This document shows positions 10,219 to 20,500 of a stretch of DNA of 52,377 nt, one piece after another. The stretch covers positions 1 through 52,377 of the IMG/VR virus record IMGVR_UViG_3300045000_000068; one strand, written 5' to 3'. The position numbers were made by a program, and so were the translations under genes. How positions within the stretch are numbered: the first letter of the stretch is position 1; every line of letters starts with the position of its first letter. The DNA is from a virus (Duplodnaviria; Caudoviricetes). The notes beneath the pieces were generated by a model. That model was given only the letters and a program-made list of their open reading frames with translations. It searched no databases and had not been told where the DNA came from.

Positions 10219-11412
10219 ATGTCCGGAATCACCGCAATGGGGACCACGTACAACCTCCCCAACTACCACGGCGAACTGTTCGCCGTGTCCCCCGCGGACA
10301 CACCGCTGCTCTCCGCCACAGGCGGACTGGGCGGCGGCAAGTCGGTCACCGACACCACGATCGAGTGGTCGAAGTACGACCTGCGCGACCCCGAGATCCG
10401 GACCCGGCTCGAGGGTGCTGACGCGCCTTCCGCCGAAGCTCGCGTCCGGGCCAACGTGACGAACCGGGTCCAGATCTTCCACGAGGCGGTGTCGACCAGC
10501 TACACCAAGCAGGCCGCGACAGACCGCTTCGCCGGCACCAACACGGGCTCGTCCGGCGGCAACGTCGTGCAGGACGAGCACTCGTGGCAGGTGCTCCAGT
10601 CGCTCAAGCAGATCGCGCGGGACGCGAACTTCGCGTACTGGCACGCGGTCCGGAACGACCCGGCCGACAACACCACGGCCCGCCAGATGAACGGGCTGTT
10701 CGCCGCGATCACCACGAACCGCGTCGAGAAGAAGGCCGACATCACCGGCGCGAGCGCCGCGACCGACACGATCACCGTCACCCACGACCTGGCCGTGGGC
10801 GACAAGGTTGTGTTCACCGACGTGGGCGCGTCGACCACGATCAAGCCTCACCGCGCGTACTGGGTGACCTCGATCAGCACCACGGTGTCGTTCAAGGTCG
10901 CGCTGACCTCTGGCGGGTCGGCCATCACGGTCGGCACGGCCACGGTCGCGTTCTACCCGCTCAAGGCGGCGAACGTCGTGGGCGTCGATGACGTCAACGG
11001 CCTGCTCCAGATGGCGTTCGACAACGGCGGCATCACCGAGCAGGCGACGGCGACGCTGTTCGTCCCCTCCGGCCAGAAGCTGCGCCTCTCGAAGGCGTAC
11101 GCCTCGGCCTACGGCCAGACGGACCTGATGGGCGGGACCCGGAACGTCGGTGGCCTGGACCTCCAGACGATCGTCACGGACTTCGGCACGCTGAACATCG
11201 CCGTCGACCGCGCACTGCCCGCCGACGCGCTGGCCGTGCTCTCGCTCGAGCAGATCGACCCGGTCTTCCTGTCGATCCCCGGCAAGGGCGTGCTGTTCGA
11301 GGAGGAGCTGGCCAAGACCGGCGCCTCCGACAAGACCCAGATCTACGGCGAGATCGGCCTGGCCTGGGGCAACGAGGCAGCCCACGCGATCGCGCGCGGT
11401 TTCTTCGCCTGA
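10219..11412 (+). CDS. Major capsid protein with an internal inserted domain
   Basis: NLPNYHGELF, RLEGADAP, ELAKTGASDK; AAGGAG RBS; followed by a strong hairpin. Confidence 0.85.
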   Translation: MSGITAMGTTYNLPNYHGELFAVSPADTPLLSATGGLGGGKSVTDTTIEWSKYDLRDPEIRTRLEGADAPSAEARVRANVTNRVQIFHEAVSTSYTKQAATDRFAGTNTGSSGGNVVQDEHSWQVLQSLKQIARDANFAYWHAVRNDPADNTTARQMNGLFAAITTNRVEKKADITGASAATDTITVTHDLAVGDKVVFTDVGASTTIKPHRAYWVTSISTTVSFKVALTSGGSAITVGTATVAFYPLKAANVVGVDDVNGLLQMAFDNGGITEQATATLFVPSGQKLRLSKAYASAYGQTDLMGGTRNVGGLDLQTIVTDFGTLNIAVDRALPADALAVLSLEQIDPVFLSIPGKGVLFEEELAKTGASDKTQIYGEIGLAWGNEAAHAIARGFFA

Positions 11413-11422
11413 TCCACCCCGG

Positions 11423-11456
11423 AGCCCGGGGCTGCCGTTCGCGGTGGCCCCGGGCT
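11423..11456 (+). terminator. Stem-loop after the capsid gene
   Basis: AGCCCGGGGCTGCCG-TTCG-CGGTGGCCCCGGGCT. Confidence 0.65.
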
Positions 11457-11488
11457 ATCGGCACGTTCCCCGAGTAGAGGAGTACCGC

Positions 11489-12265
11489 ATGGCAGCCACG
11501 TGGCTTGCCGACGCACTACGCGCTGGCGGACTGCCGGTTGTCGAGCACGCCGGCTGGAAGACCAGAGGCCGGCCAGGGACGTTCACGCCGAAAGGCGTGC
11601 TCGTGCACCACACCGCCGGTGCTCGCACCGGTGACCTGCCGTCGCTCAGCTACGTGATCAGCGGCTCGTCGGCCCTGCCGGGCCCGCTGTCGCAGCTCAT
11701 GCTCAGCCGGAGCGGCGTGTTCCACGTCGTCGCGTCCGGCCGCTGCAACCACGCCGGCGCCGGGTGGGCGAGCTGGGTCGGGAACAACGGCAACAGCAAC
11801 CTGATCGGCATCGAGGCAGAGTCGGTCGGTTCCCGCGACGACTGGACGCCGGCGCAGCGCGCGGCCTACCCGAAGGGCGTCGCCGCCCTGCTCCGGTACA
11901 TGGGACTCGACGAGTCTCGCTGCCTGGCCCACAAGGAATGGGCGCTCCCGCGGGGGCGCAAGACCGACCCCGCGTTCTGGGAGATGAACCAGTTCCGCGC
12001 CAGCGTGCGCGCTCACCTGCGGGGCACAGCCCCGCCCCCTCCGGAGGATGACGACTTGTCCGCTGCGGCAGAAAAGATGATCAACGAGATCCACAGCAAG
12101 GTGGTGCGCGAGCGGTACGACGCCAGCGACCACAACGCGCCCGCGAAGGAAGACCTCCTGGGCCACGTGATGACGGTCCGCAAGGTGCTGAGCCGGCTCT
12201 CCGCCGAGGTGGACCAGATCCTCGCGCGCCTGCCGGAGGCCCCGGCCGCCGACGACGCCGCCTGA
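11489..12265 (+). CDS. Endolysin, N-acetylmuramoyl-L-alanine amidase
   Basis: LVHHTA, CNHAG, IGIE, AHKEW...KTDP Amidase_2 motifs; GAGGAG RBS. Confidence 0.88.
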   Translation: MAATWLADALRAGGLPVVEHAGWKTRGRPGTFTPKGVLVHHTAGARTGDLPSLSYVISGSSALPGPLSQLMLSRSGVFHVVASGRCNHAGAGWASWVGNNGNSNLIGIEAESVGSRDDWTPAQRAAYPKGVAALLRYMGLDESRCLAHKEWALPRGRKTDPAFWEMNQFRASVRAHLRGTAPPPPEDDDLSAAAEKMINEIHSKVVRERYDASDHNAPAKEDLLGHVMTVRKVLSRLSAEVDQILARLPEAPAADDAA

Positions 12266-12287
12266 CCAACCACTCGCAGGAGGACCG

Positions 12288-12905
12288 ATGCCGCTCACCC
12301 CGCTGGCCACGGCCGACCAGCTCGCGGCCCGGCTCCGACTCGCGCCGTACGCCGGCGCCGAGCTTGACCAGGTCGAGGCGCTGCTGCTTGACGCGTCCTC
12401 CGAGATGCGCTCGATCATCGGCTCGCCGGTCACCCGGCTCACCAGCACGCTGACGCTCTGGCCGGACCGGCCGGGACGCGTGGAGCTGCCGGTGGTCCCG
12501 GTGATCTCGATCGCCTCGGTCGCCGTCAGCGGCGTCGAGCTGGCCACCACCGAGTGGACGCTCCGGTACCGGACCCTCCGCCTGCCCACCTCGGCCGGCA
12601 AAGAGGACGAGGTCACGGTCACGCTCACCCACGGCTGGGACCCGATCCCGGACGACATCGTGAAGTGGACGTGTGTGCTCGCCGCGGCAGCCAAGGCCGC
12701 GGCGGATGACGGGACGCTGGGCATGACGGCCGGCGTCGTCTCGGGCAGCGAGGCGATCGACGACTACCAGCACTCGTGGCAGGGCCCGGAGGCCAGCGGC
12801 GGTGACGGTGCGGCAGGGATGACCCTCCCGCCGCGCATCGCGGACCGGCTGCGGGCCACGTACGGCGGCTCCGGCCTGATCGACTGGCTGGAGGTGGACG
12901 GGTGA
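12288..12905 (+). CDS. Head-to-tail adaptor
   Basis: PLATADQL...LLLDAS, THGW...PDDIV; position. Confidence 0.75.
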   Translation: MPLTPLATADQLAARLRLAPYAGAELDQVEALLLDASSEMRSIIGSPVTRLTSTLTLWPDRPGRVELPVVPVISIASVAVSGVELATTEWTLRYRTLRLPTSAGKEDEVTVTLTHGWDPIPDDIVKWTCVLAAAAKAAADDGTLGMTAGVVSGSEAIDDYQHSWQGPEASGGDGAAGMTLPPRIADRLRATYGGSGLIDWLEVDG

Positions 12906-13330
12906 GCGTGGACTCGATCCTCCGACGCGGCCGCCTCCGGCGCGAAGCCCTGATGCGGTCCACCTGTCGCATCGAGCGGCCGGGCGGGGAGCCGGTGTGG
13001 AACCCCACCACGGGGACCTACACCACCCCGGCCAGGACCGTGATCTACGAGGGTCCGTGCCAGATCAAGCCGACGTTCTCCCCGGCGGAGCGCGACGGCA
13101 GCTCGGCGGAGCGCGAGCTCGTCACCCAGTCCTACACGCTGGCGCTGCCGTGGGCCGAGTCGAACGCGGCCGACCGCGTGGACGTCGCCGACAAGGCGAT
13201 CATCTTGTCCGGTGACGACACCTGGGCTGTCGGTAAGACGTTCCCGGTCGGCTGGGTGGAGTACGCCGACGCGCGCACCCACCGCCGGCTGACGGTCTGG
13301 GCCGAGGACAGGGGGATCTCGAATGGCTGA
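12902..13330 (+). CDS. Head-to-tail stopper
   Basis: EALMRSTCRI...IYEGPC; position. Confidence 0.7.
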   Translation: MSVDSILRRGRLRREALMRSTCRIERPGGEPVWNPTTGTYTTPARTVIYEGPCQIKPTFSPAERDGSSAERELVTQSYTLALPWAESNAADRVDVADKAIILSGDDTWAVGKTFPVGWVEYADARTHRRLTVWAEDRGISNG

Positions 13331-13700
13331 CGACGACCTGTTCGAGCTCGGCCGGCGCCTGCGCGCCGCGGCGGCGCTCGCCCCGGACAAGTGCCTCGAG
13401 ATCGTCAAGAAGGGCGCCCAGGACGTCAAGAAGGACTGGGCGGGCCGGATGCGGGGCCGCGAGAAGCACGGCCACATCCCACACTTGCCGAAGTCGATCG
13501 GCTACGACGTGCGAGAGACGGTGCACGGAGCCATCGCGACGGTCGGCCCGAACAAAGAGAGCCGCCAGGGCCCCCTGGCCCACCTGCTCGAGTTCGGTTC
13601 GGTGAACAACGCGCCGCACCTGGACGGGGCGGGAGCTCTGCTCACCGAGGCCCCGAAGTTCTACGCGGCGATCGTGAAGGCCGAGAGGGAGTCGCTGTGA
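13323..13700 (+). CDS. HK97 gp10-like neck protein
   Basis: LLEFGSVNNAPH; position. Confidence 0.7.
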   Translation: MADDDLFELGRRLRAAAALAPDKCLEIVKKGAQDVKKDWAGRMRGREKHGHIPHLPKSIGYDVRETVHGAIATVGPNKESRQGPLAHLLEFGSVNNAPHLDGAGALLTEAPKFYAAIVKAERESL

Positions 13701-14113
13701 TCCCCGAGGCTGAACCGCACGTCCGGGCGGTGCTGGCGAAGCTCAAGGCCGGGCTGCCTGTGACCGTCGCCGCGGCGCTGGGCATCGGCCCGGCGGTCGC
13801 CCCGCCGTACGTGGCGCTCTACCCGGACCCGGGCGACATCGCGGATGCGTTCCTCTCCGGCGACCGCTCGCAACTAGTGATCCACTTCACGGTGAACGCG
13901 GTGGGCGTGGGCCCCGAGCAGGCGATCTGGGCGGCCGACAAGGCCCGCGTGGTGATGCTCGACATCACGCCGGTGAGCGTGGTCGGGCGCAGGGTCCACC
14001 GGATGACGCAGGCCCCCGGGTCGTCGCCGCCGGTCATCCGCGACGAGAGCGTCCAGCCCGCGCTGTACATCGCGACCGCCGGCTACCGGCTGATGTCGCA
14101 GCACGCCAGCTAG
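13697..14113 (+). CDS. Tail terminator
   Basis: GTGA overlap; PPYVALYP; position before the major tail gene. Confidence 0.7.
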   Translation: MIPEAEPHVRAVLAKLKAGLPVTVAAALGIGPAVAPPYVALYPDPGDIADAFLSGDRSQLVIHFTVNAVGVGPEQAIWAADKARVVMLDITPVSVVGRRVHRMTQAPGSSPPVIRDESVQPALYIATAGYRLMSQHAS

Positions 14114-14538
14114 AAGCCGAGGCTCAGCTCAAGCGGGGCCCCCGCCTCGGCGGCAGACACGGTCATCTCGCCGCGGCCCTCCCGCCCGACCTGCACGCCG
14201 TAGAACTCGTGGCCAGCCGGGACGTCGGCCACCACGAACGCGTACCGGCACCCGTACGGCGCGACCTCTTGGAACGCCCCGGTGGAGAGCTCACCGAGCG
14301 CGACCGTCTCTCCGGAGGCGTCGGTGATCTTCACCGCGCCCCCTGACCGGATGTCGCTGTACCCGCTGGACGGGTCGTCGCACGCCGACCGGACCAGGAC
14401 CGCCCCGCGCACGGTGATCGTCTCGACCGGCGCGACGCCGGCAGGCGCTGGCTGGTCCACCCAGAACAGGACGGCCCCGGTCGTCAGCGCGGCCGTCAGC
14501 GCCACGGCGCCGAGCCAGTGAGCAAGTTTCGTTCGCAC
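14110..14538 (-). CDS. Antisense moron: small secreted or membrane-anchored protein
   Basis: N-terminal hydrophobic helix, two Cys, GYSDI motif; fills the gap in the tail operon. Confidence 0.7.
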   Translation of the reverse strand: MRTKLAHWLGAVALTAALTTGAVLFWVDQPAPAGVAPVETITVRGAVLVRSACDDPSSGYSDIRSGGAVKITDASGETVALGELSTGAFQEVAPYGCRYAFVVADVPAGHEFYGVQVGREGRGEMTVSAAEAGAPLELSLGF

Positions 14539-14666
14539 GGTTCCCCAACCCTTAATCCGAAGTCGCAGGCCCGGCACCGTACCACGATGCTTGCCGCCAT
14601 GACTACCACGCGAAAGCAACGCCGGGTCCCGGCGGAGCCATTCCCCCACAGACAGAGGAGACGCCG

Positions 14667-15167
14667 ATGTCGGAACTTCCCGGCTTGGTGCACGACGGCA
14701 ACTACAAGGTCACCTGGGTGACCACGATCGCCAACCAGAACGCGCCCACCGTGGCCGAGCTGAACGCGGGTCTCGACCTGGAGTGCCAGGTCACCCCCGA
14801 CGGCCTGAGCCGGGAGGCGTCGGACGAGTCGGTCGACACGTCCCGCCTGTGCAGCGTGTTCACCACGACGCAGGTTGGCCGCACAGGCTTCGAGTGCTCG
14901 GTCACGCTGGTCCGGCTCGACGAGTCGGTGGTCGGCGTCGTCGACACCGCGTACCACACGATCGTCAAGGGCACGCGCGCGTACCTCGTGGTCCGCGACG
15001 ACCTGCCCTCTGGTACCGCGTTCGCCGCGGGCCAGGAGCTCGAGGTCTACCCGGTCCAGGCCGGCACCCGCTCGAAGGCGACCCCGGCAGCGAACGAGCT
15101 CCAGACGTTCACCCTGCCGCTGATGGTCACCGCTGACCCGTCGCTCGCGGCGGAGGTGGCTGCCTGA
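14667..15167 (+). CDS. Major tail protein
   Basis: APTVAELNAG...VYPV; GAGGAG RBS. Confidence 0.85.
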   Translation: MSELPGLVHDGNYKVTWVTTIANQNAPTVAELNAGLDLECQVTPDGLSREASDESVDTSRLCSVFTTTQVGRTGFECSVTLVRLDESVVGVVDTAYHTIVKGTRAYLVVRDDLPSGTAFAAGQELEVYPVQAGTRSKATPAANELQTFTLPLMVTADPSLAAEVAA

Positions 15168-15499
15168 TGTCTCTCCGGACCCCGGTTCAGGCGCAGATCA
15201 CCGGTGCCGTCTCCACCAAGACGGCAGCAGCTTCGGGTGGCGACACGTTCGCGCCCGGTGACCTCACGTTCGACGTGGCGAACGGCCACGCGACCCTGCC
15301 GCGCACCGTCACGGTGGCCGTCCCTGGCAACTCGAAGTACGGCCAGGCGAACCCGGACGTCGCGGTCGTCATCGCGGCCCTCACCTCGAAGGCCATCGGC
15401 CCGTTCCCGGCCGACCTCGCCGACCCGACCGACGGGCTGGTGCACGTCACCTACTCGGACGCCGCGGCCGATCTGACGGTCTCGCTCGTCCGGAACTGA
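15167..15499 (+). CDS. Small virion-associated protein
   Basis: TGATG overlap; AASGGDTF...IGPFP. Confidence 0.65.
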   Translation: MSLRTPVQAQITGAVSTKTAAASGGDTFAPGDLTFDVANGHATLPRTVTVAVPGNSKYGQANPDVAVVIAALTSKAIGPFPADLADPTDGLVHVTYSDAAADLTVSLVRN

Positions 15500-15509
15500 C
15501 CCCACGAAC

Positions 15510-15551
15510 TCGGCGGGGCGGTGGGCCCCTGACCTCCCACCGCTCCGCCGA
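15510..15551 (+). promoter_or_regulatory. Stem-loop whose loop is complementary to downstream AGGTCAGGG(G) copies
   Basis: TCGGCGGGGCGGTGGG-CCCCTGACCT-CCCACCGCTCCGCCGA. Confidence 0.6.
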
Positions 15552-15593
15552 CCTATTCCTGCCCCAAGGTCAGGGGGCCTGGAGATCGAGAAC

Positions 15594-16694
15594 GTGAAGC
15601 GCAGAATCCTGACGATCGTGTCGCTGGTGGCGGCAGCCCTGCTGGGGCTGGCCGCGTGCGCACCGGTGGCGGCGCAGGCGCAGAGCACCACGCTCTACGT
15701 CTCGACGACCGGCAACGACAACAACGACGGCAGCTCGCCGCTCCTGGCGTTCGCCACGATCGAAGAGGCCGACGCTCACGCGACCCCGGGGACTCTGGTC
15801 CTGGTCGCGGACGGCACGTACAACGTCACGGACTTCGGGACCACCGCGGACGGGTCCGTCGGGTCGCCGATCGTGTTCGCCGCGGAGAACCCGCTCGGAG
15901 CGGTGATCGTCGGCTCGAATACCGCGGGCCCCGCGGTCTGGCGCTCGTACGGCGACCACGTGGTCATCGACGGCTTCGAGCTGTCGGGCGCGAACGACGA
16001 CGGCCTGATCGTCAGCGGGTCCCACACCCAGATCCTGAACAACCGCGCGGAGAGCTTCACCAACACCTGCATGTCGGTCTACACCTCGGCCTACGACCAG
16101 GTGAACATCGACTTCATCGGCAACGTCGCCGCGTGGTGCGGATCGTCCAATCAGGACCACGGGATCTACGTGGCGCACACCGGCGGGATCGTCGCGAACA
16201 ACATCGCCTACGGCAACCGCGGCTACGGCATCCACTGCTGGCACGCGTGCGACAGGTTGCAGATCGTCAACAACCTGGTGTTCAACAACGACGAGGGCGG
16301 AATCGTCGTCGGTCAGGGCGACGACCCGAACAACGGGGCCGTGCCGGCCGACTACATGTTGGTCGCCAACAACATCGCCGTGGGCAACGGGACGCACGAG
16401 GGCATTCGCGAGAGCGGCGCCACCGGCCCGAACAACCTCTACCTCAACAACCTGGTGAACGGCAACGCCATCGGCGGGGTCGACATCATCGGCGGCGGGG
16501 CGGAGCGCGGAACGGTGACGAGCTCGCCGGGCTTTGTGAACTACCAGTCCAACGGATCGGGTGACTACCACCTCGCCGGCGGCAGCGCGGCCCGGAATAC
16601 CGGACACCCGCACGTCGCGCATCCGGTGGCGGTCGACGGCACCGTTCGCCCGCAGGGATCTGCGCCGGACATGGGTGTCTACGAACAGAACTGA
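15594..16694 (+). CDS. Moron: secreted right-handed beta-helix (pectin-lyase-like) protein
   Basis: Signal peptide; YVSTTGNDNNDGS...ATI, Asn-rich repeats, RPQGSAPDMGVYE C-terminus. Confidence 0.8.
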   Translation: MKRRILTIVSLVAAALLGLAACAPVAAQAQSTTLYVSTTGNDNNDGSSPLLAFATIEEADAHATPGTLVLVADGTYNVTDFGTTADGSVGSPIVFAAENPLGAVIVGSNTAGPAVWRSYGDHVVIDGFELSGANDDGLIVSGSHTQILNNRAESFTNTCMSVYTSAYDQVNIDFIGNVAAWCGSSNQDHGIYVAHTGGIVANNIAYGNRGYGIHCWHACDRLQIVNNLVFNNDEGGIVVGQGDDPNNGAVPADYMLVANNIAVGNGTHEGIRESGATGPNNLYLNNLVNGNAIGGVDIIGGGAERGTVTSSPGFVNYQSNGSGDYHLAGGSAARNTGHPHVAHPVAVDGTVRPQGSAPDMGVYEQN

Positions 16695-16734
16695 GCACGG
16701 CAAAGGTCAGGGCAACGAAAGGTCAGGGATCAGA

Positions 16735-17304
16735 GTGAGTGCATTCTCGATTGACGACGTCATCGCCGACGCCACCCCGGTAGAGCGGGTGGTGCCGGTG
16801 TGTGTGGCCGGCAAGCTGGTCGGCGAGTACGAGCAGCTCAAGGCCGAGCTGGAGCGGGTGCAGGGCGCCATCACCGGTCGACTCGGCGGCAGCGCAAGCC
16901 GGGAGATCATCGCCCGGCTGCGCGAGCTCGAGGGCCAGATGAAGGCGAAGACGTACGACTTCCGGTTCCGGGCGCTGCCCGCGAAGGGCTGGTCGGACCT
17001 GATGTCCGCGCACCCGGACAAGGCCGGGAAGCTGCGGTTCAACGCCGACACGTTCCCGGCGGCCGCGATCTTGGCGTGCTGCGTCGAGCCGGCCCTGGAC
17101 GACCCGGCGAAGGCTGAGGCCCTGCTCGCCAGCCTGTCCGCCGCGCAGCAGAACGAGCTGTTCGACGGCGCCTGGGAGGTCAACTCCAGCGCCCCAAAAG
17201 GCATGAACTCCTTCACCGCATTCGCCGATCTCCAGGACTTCGCGAAGAGCTCCGACTCTGCGCCGGGCACGGAATCCCCCGCAGCCGATTCCTCGGCCGC
17301 GTAG
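16735..17304 (+). CDS. Tail assembly chaperone (gpG-like)
   Basis: FRFRAL...HP, FNADTFP; precedes the tape measure. Confidence 0.8.
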   Translation: MSAFSIDDVIADATPVERVVPVCVAGKLVGEYEQLKAELERVQGAITGRLGGSASREIIARLRELEGQMKAKTYDFRFRALPAKGWSDLMSAHPDKAGKLRFNADTFPAAAILACCVEPALDDPAKAEALLASLSAAQQNELFDGAWEVNSSAPKGMNSFTAFADLQDFAKSSDSAPGTESPAADSSAA

Positions 17305-17567
17305 CCGAGCCGGGCGAGCCGGAATGGACCGATGAAGATCGGGACTACGCGCTCGCCTGGCAGGAGTTCCTAGCCGACCTGTGTAGCGGGTGTGGCCATT
17401 CGCTTTCGGTGACGACCAAACCCGAGAGTCAGTTCGCCTACAGCACGGAAACCGTGCGGTGCCACGCCTGTGCCGCCCAGTCCCGGACCGTCGAGAAGTT
17501 CGGGAAAGACGGCGGAGACCAGGCGGGAATCCTTTCCCGCTTCACCAAGGCGCCGCCTCTCGAGTAA
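17193..17567 (+). CDS. -1 frameshift extension of the tail assembly chaperone (gpGT-like)
   Basis: Slippery C CCA AAA at 17193-17199; -1 frame open to TAA 17567, encoding WTDEDRDYALAWQ...CSGCGH...CHAC. Confidence 0.8.
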   Translation, partial: PKRHELLHRIRRSPGLREELRLCAGHGIPRSRFLGRVAEPGEPEWTDEDRDYALAWQEFLADLCSGCGHSLSVTTKPESQFAYSTETVRCHACAAQSRTVEKFGKDGGDQAGILSRFTKAPPLE

Positions 17568-17584
17568 AGGAAAGCGGGGAACCC

Positions 17585-20500
17585 GTGGCCGACCGCGTTG
17601 TCAACGTCAAGCTGAGCGCCAACGTTCGCGACTACAGCTCGTCGGTCAACAAGGCCGCGCGGGACACCGAGGATCTCGCCAACAAGGCCGAGAAGTTCTC
17701 CGGCAAGACCTACCGGGCCAAGGTGGCGGTCGACGGCGCGGCGACGGCGTCCGCCGAGGTGGCCCAGCTCCGGGCCAGGCTCGAGAAGGTCCAGGGGCGC
17801 TACAGCGCGTCGGTCCGTGTCGACCACCGGGGCGCGTCGCGGGACACCGCGGCGATCATGAACTCGATCATGGCGCTCGGGCCGGCGGCGATTGCCGCTG
17901 GCGCTGCCGCGTCCGGCGCGATGATCGCGCTCGGCTCCACGCTCGGCGTTCTCGCCGGCGGCGTCGGAGTCAGCATCCTGGCGTTCTCCGGCCTGGGTGA
18001 CGCGCTCGAGGCGATGGGCCAGGCAGAGCTCCGCTCCGGCGTGAACGCGCAGAAGTCTGCGCAGGACCGCGCGGCCGCTACTCGCCAGGTCGACGCCGCC
18101 CGTACCGCCGTGGTGCGCGCGGAGCAGGACCAGGCGCAGGCCGCCCAGCTCGGCGAGCGCCAGATCCGTGACGCGAAGTCGGCTGTCTCGAAGGCGTACG
18201 GCGAGGCCGCATCGGCCAACTCGAAGGCCGCGGCCGAGGTTGAGGACTCCGAAGACGACCTCGCGACGGCCCACCAGAAGGTCCGGTACGCGCTCGAGGA
18301 TCTGTCAATCGCCCGGCAGAAGGCCGTGCGGGATCTCGACGACATGCGGGAGCGCGGGCGTGACAACGCGCTCGACGAGGAGCAGGCCGAGATCCGGCTG
18401 ATCGAGGCCCGGGACAAGCTGGTCGAGCTCAACAAGACCGGCGCGGCCAGCGAGATGGACCTCCGGAAGGCCCGCCTCGCCGTCGCCCAGGCTGACAACG
18501 CACTCAAGGACGTTCGCCGCGACGCGGCGCGCAACGCGTCGGATCTCAACGCCGCGGAGGCCGCGGGCGTCGAAGGCATGCCTGGTGTGGTGTCCGCGAA
18601 GGGCGACCTCGCGCAGGCGGAGGCCGGCGTTGAGCAGGCACGCCGGGACCTGATCAAGGCGCAGGCCGAGGTCGTCACGTCCGAGCGCGAGGGCAACGCC
18701 AAGATCGCGGCGGCCGTCCAGGATCTCCAGGACACCCGCGACGACGCTGCCCGGCGCAACGCCGATGCCGCGCTCAGCGTGAGCGACGCGGAGGCCCGCG
18801 TTCAGCAGGCCGTGGCCGACGCCACGATCAAGATGTCCGAGCAGTCCACCGAGGCGAAGAAGCTCGCCGAGGAAATGTCCAAGCTCGGCCCGGCCGGGCA
18901 GTCGTTCGTCTCTTATCTGCACGCTCTCAAGCCGCAGATGGAGGAGCTCCAGGCGCTTTCGCAGGCCGGCATGTTCCCGGGCATGGAAGCCGGGATCGAC
19001 AGCCTGATGCTCATTTTCCCGGACATAATCTATTTCGTCGATAAGACGTCGCTAGCGCTGGGCGATATGGCCCAGCAGGCCGGCGACGCCTTGAACGACC
19101 CATTCTGGCGCGGGTTCATTCGCTTTCTTGCGGATGAGGCCGGGCCTATGTTCGAGTCGTTCTTCCGCATTGCGGAGGGGCTCGCGCGTGGGCTTGCCGG
19201 AATGCAGATGGCCTTCAACCCGATGGCGCGGGACATCGTCGGCGGGCTCGAGGAAATGGCGACGAAGTTCGCCAAGTGGGGGGCCAGCCTCTCAAGCAAC
19301 GACGGTTTCGAGAAGTTCATCCAGTACGTCCGCGAGGTCGGACCGCAGGTTATGGGCACGCTCGGCTCGATCGCGGACCTGATCGGCTCGGTCGCGGTGG
19401 CCGCGGCCCCGCTGGGGCCGGTCGTGCTCGGCGGGATCAAGCTGCTGGCCGACACGCTGGCGTTCATCGCCGGCATCCCCGGCGTGGGCACCACGCTGAT
19501 CGCTGTTGCGGCGTCGATCGGCGTTATCAACATCGCGATGCGCGCGATGGACATCGCCAAGTTCTCCCACTTCGGGCTGTTCCTGGCCGGCCTGCCGGCG
19601 AGGGCGGGCTCCGCGAGCACCGCTATGGGCGTCATGGCGCTGAACATGGGCGCCAGCGACAAGGCCGCGACGCGGATGGCGGACTCCGGTGACCGCGTGG
19701 GCCGCGCGATGAGCGGGCTCGGGAGCGCCATTCCGATCGCCGGAATTGCTCTCGTCGGACTGGGCATGGCCTACGAGGAGTTCGGCTCGAAGGCGGAGGA
19801 GAACGCCGGCAAGGCGGTGACCGGCTCGATCTCGCTGCGCGAGGCGATCGCGCTGGAGCAGCAGCAGGTCGAGAAGAACGTCATCTGGTGGGGCCTCGGA
19901 CTCAACAAGCAGGACGAGTACGCGGACGCTGCCGACCGGGTCACGCAGGCGTACCACGACCAGTTCGCGAAGCTCGACCCGCTGGAGCAGGCGAACTCCC
20001 GGGTCTCGCTGGCCCAGGAGCACCTGAACGACATGATCGAGCGGTTCGGGGCGTACAGCCCTGAGGCGCGCTCCGCGACCGAGGGATTGACCTGGGCCTC
20101 CAAGGACCTGGAGATCCAGCAGCTCATGACGGAGGAAGGCATCGACCGCGCCACCGCGGCGATGCTGCGGCAGAAGGACGCGGCTATCGAGGCGGCCAAC
20201 GCCGACGTGTCGTTCGAGCGCGCGAAGATCGGCGTCGAGTCGGCGGTTGAGCGCGCCCGGGAAGCGACCGAGCGCTACGGCGCGGAGTCCTGGCGGTCTC
20301 GTGACGCCACGCTGGCCGTGGAGGACGCCGCCCACCGCTCGGCCGCTGCCGCGCGCGACAAGGCGATGGCCGACGGGGAGGCGAACGGCGCCAGCAACAT
20401 CGCGGAGCTCGGCGCGAAGGCGCAGAAGGACGAGTACCTCCGCCTGGCGGACATGGTGAAGGAGCCTCTGCGTGCGGAGCTCTTGACCCTCGCGCAGAAC

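Noticed and set aside
8908-11385. 825-aa minus-strand ORF and similar long antisense ORFs (2122..3858, 5291..6952, 20564..22120, 22804..25440)
   Set aside because: Shadow frames of high-GC genes with no motifs
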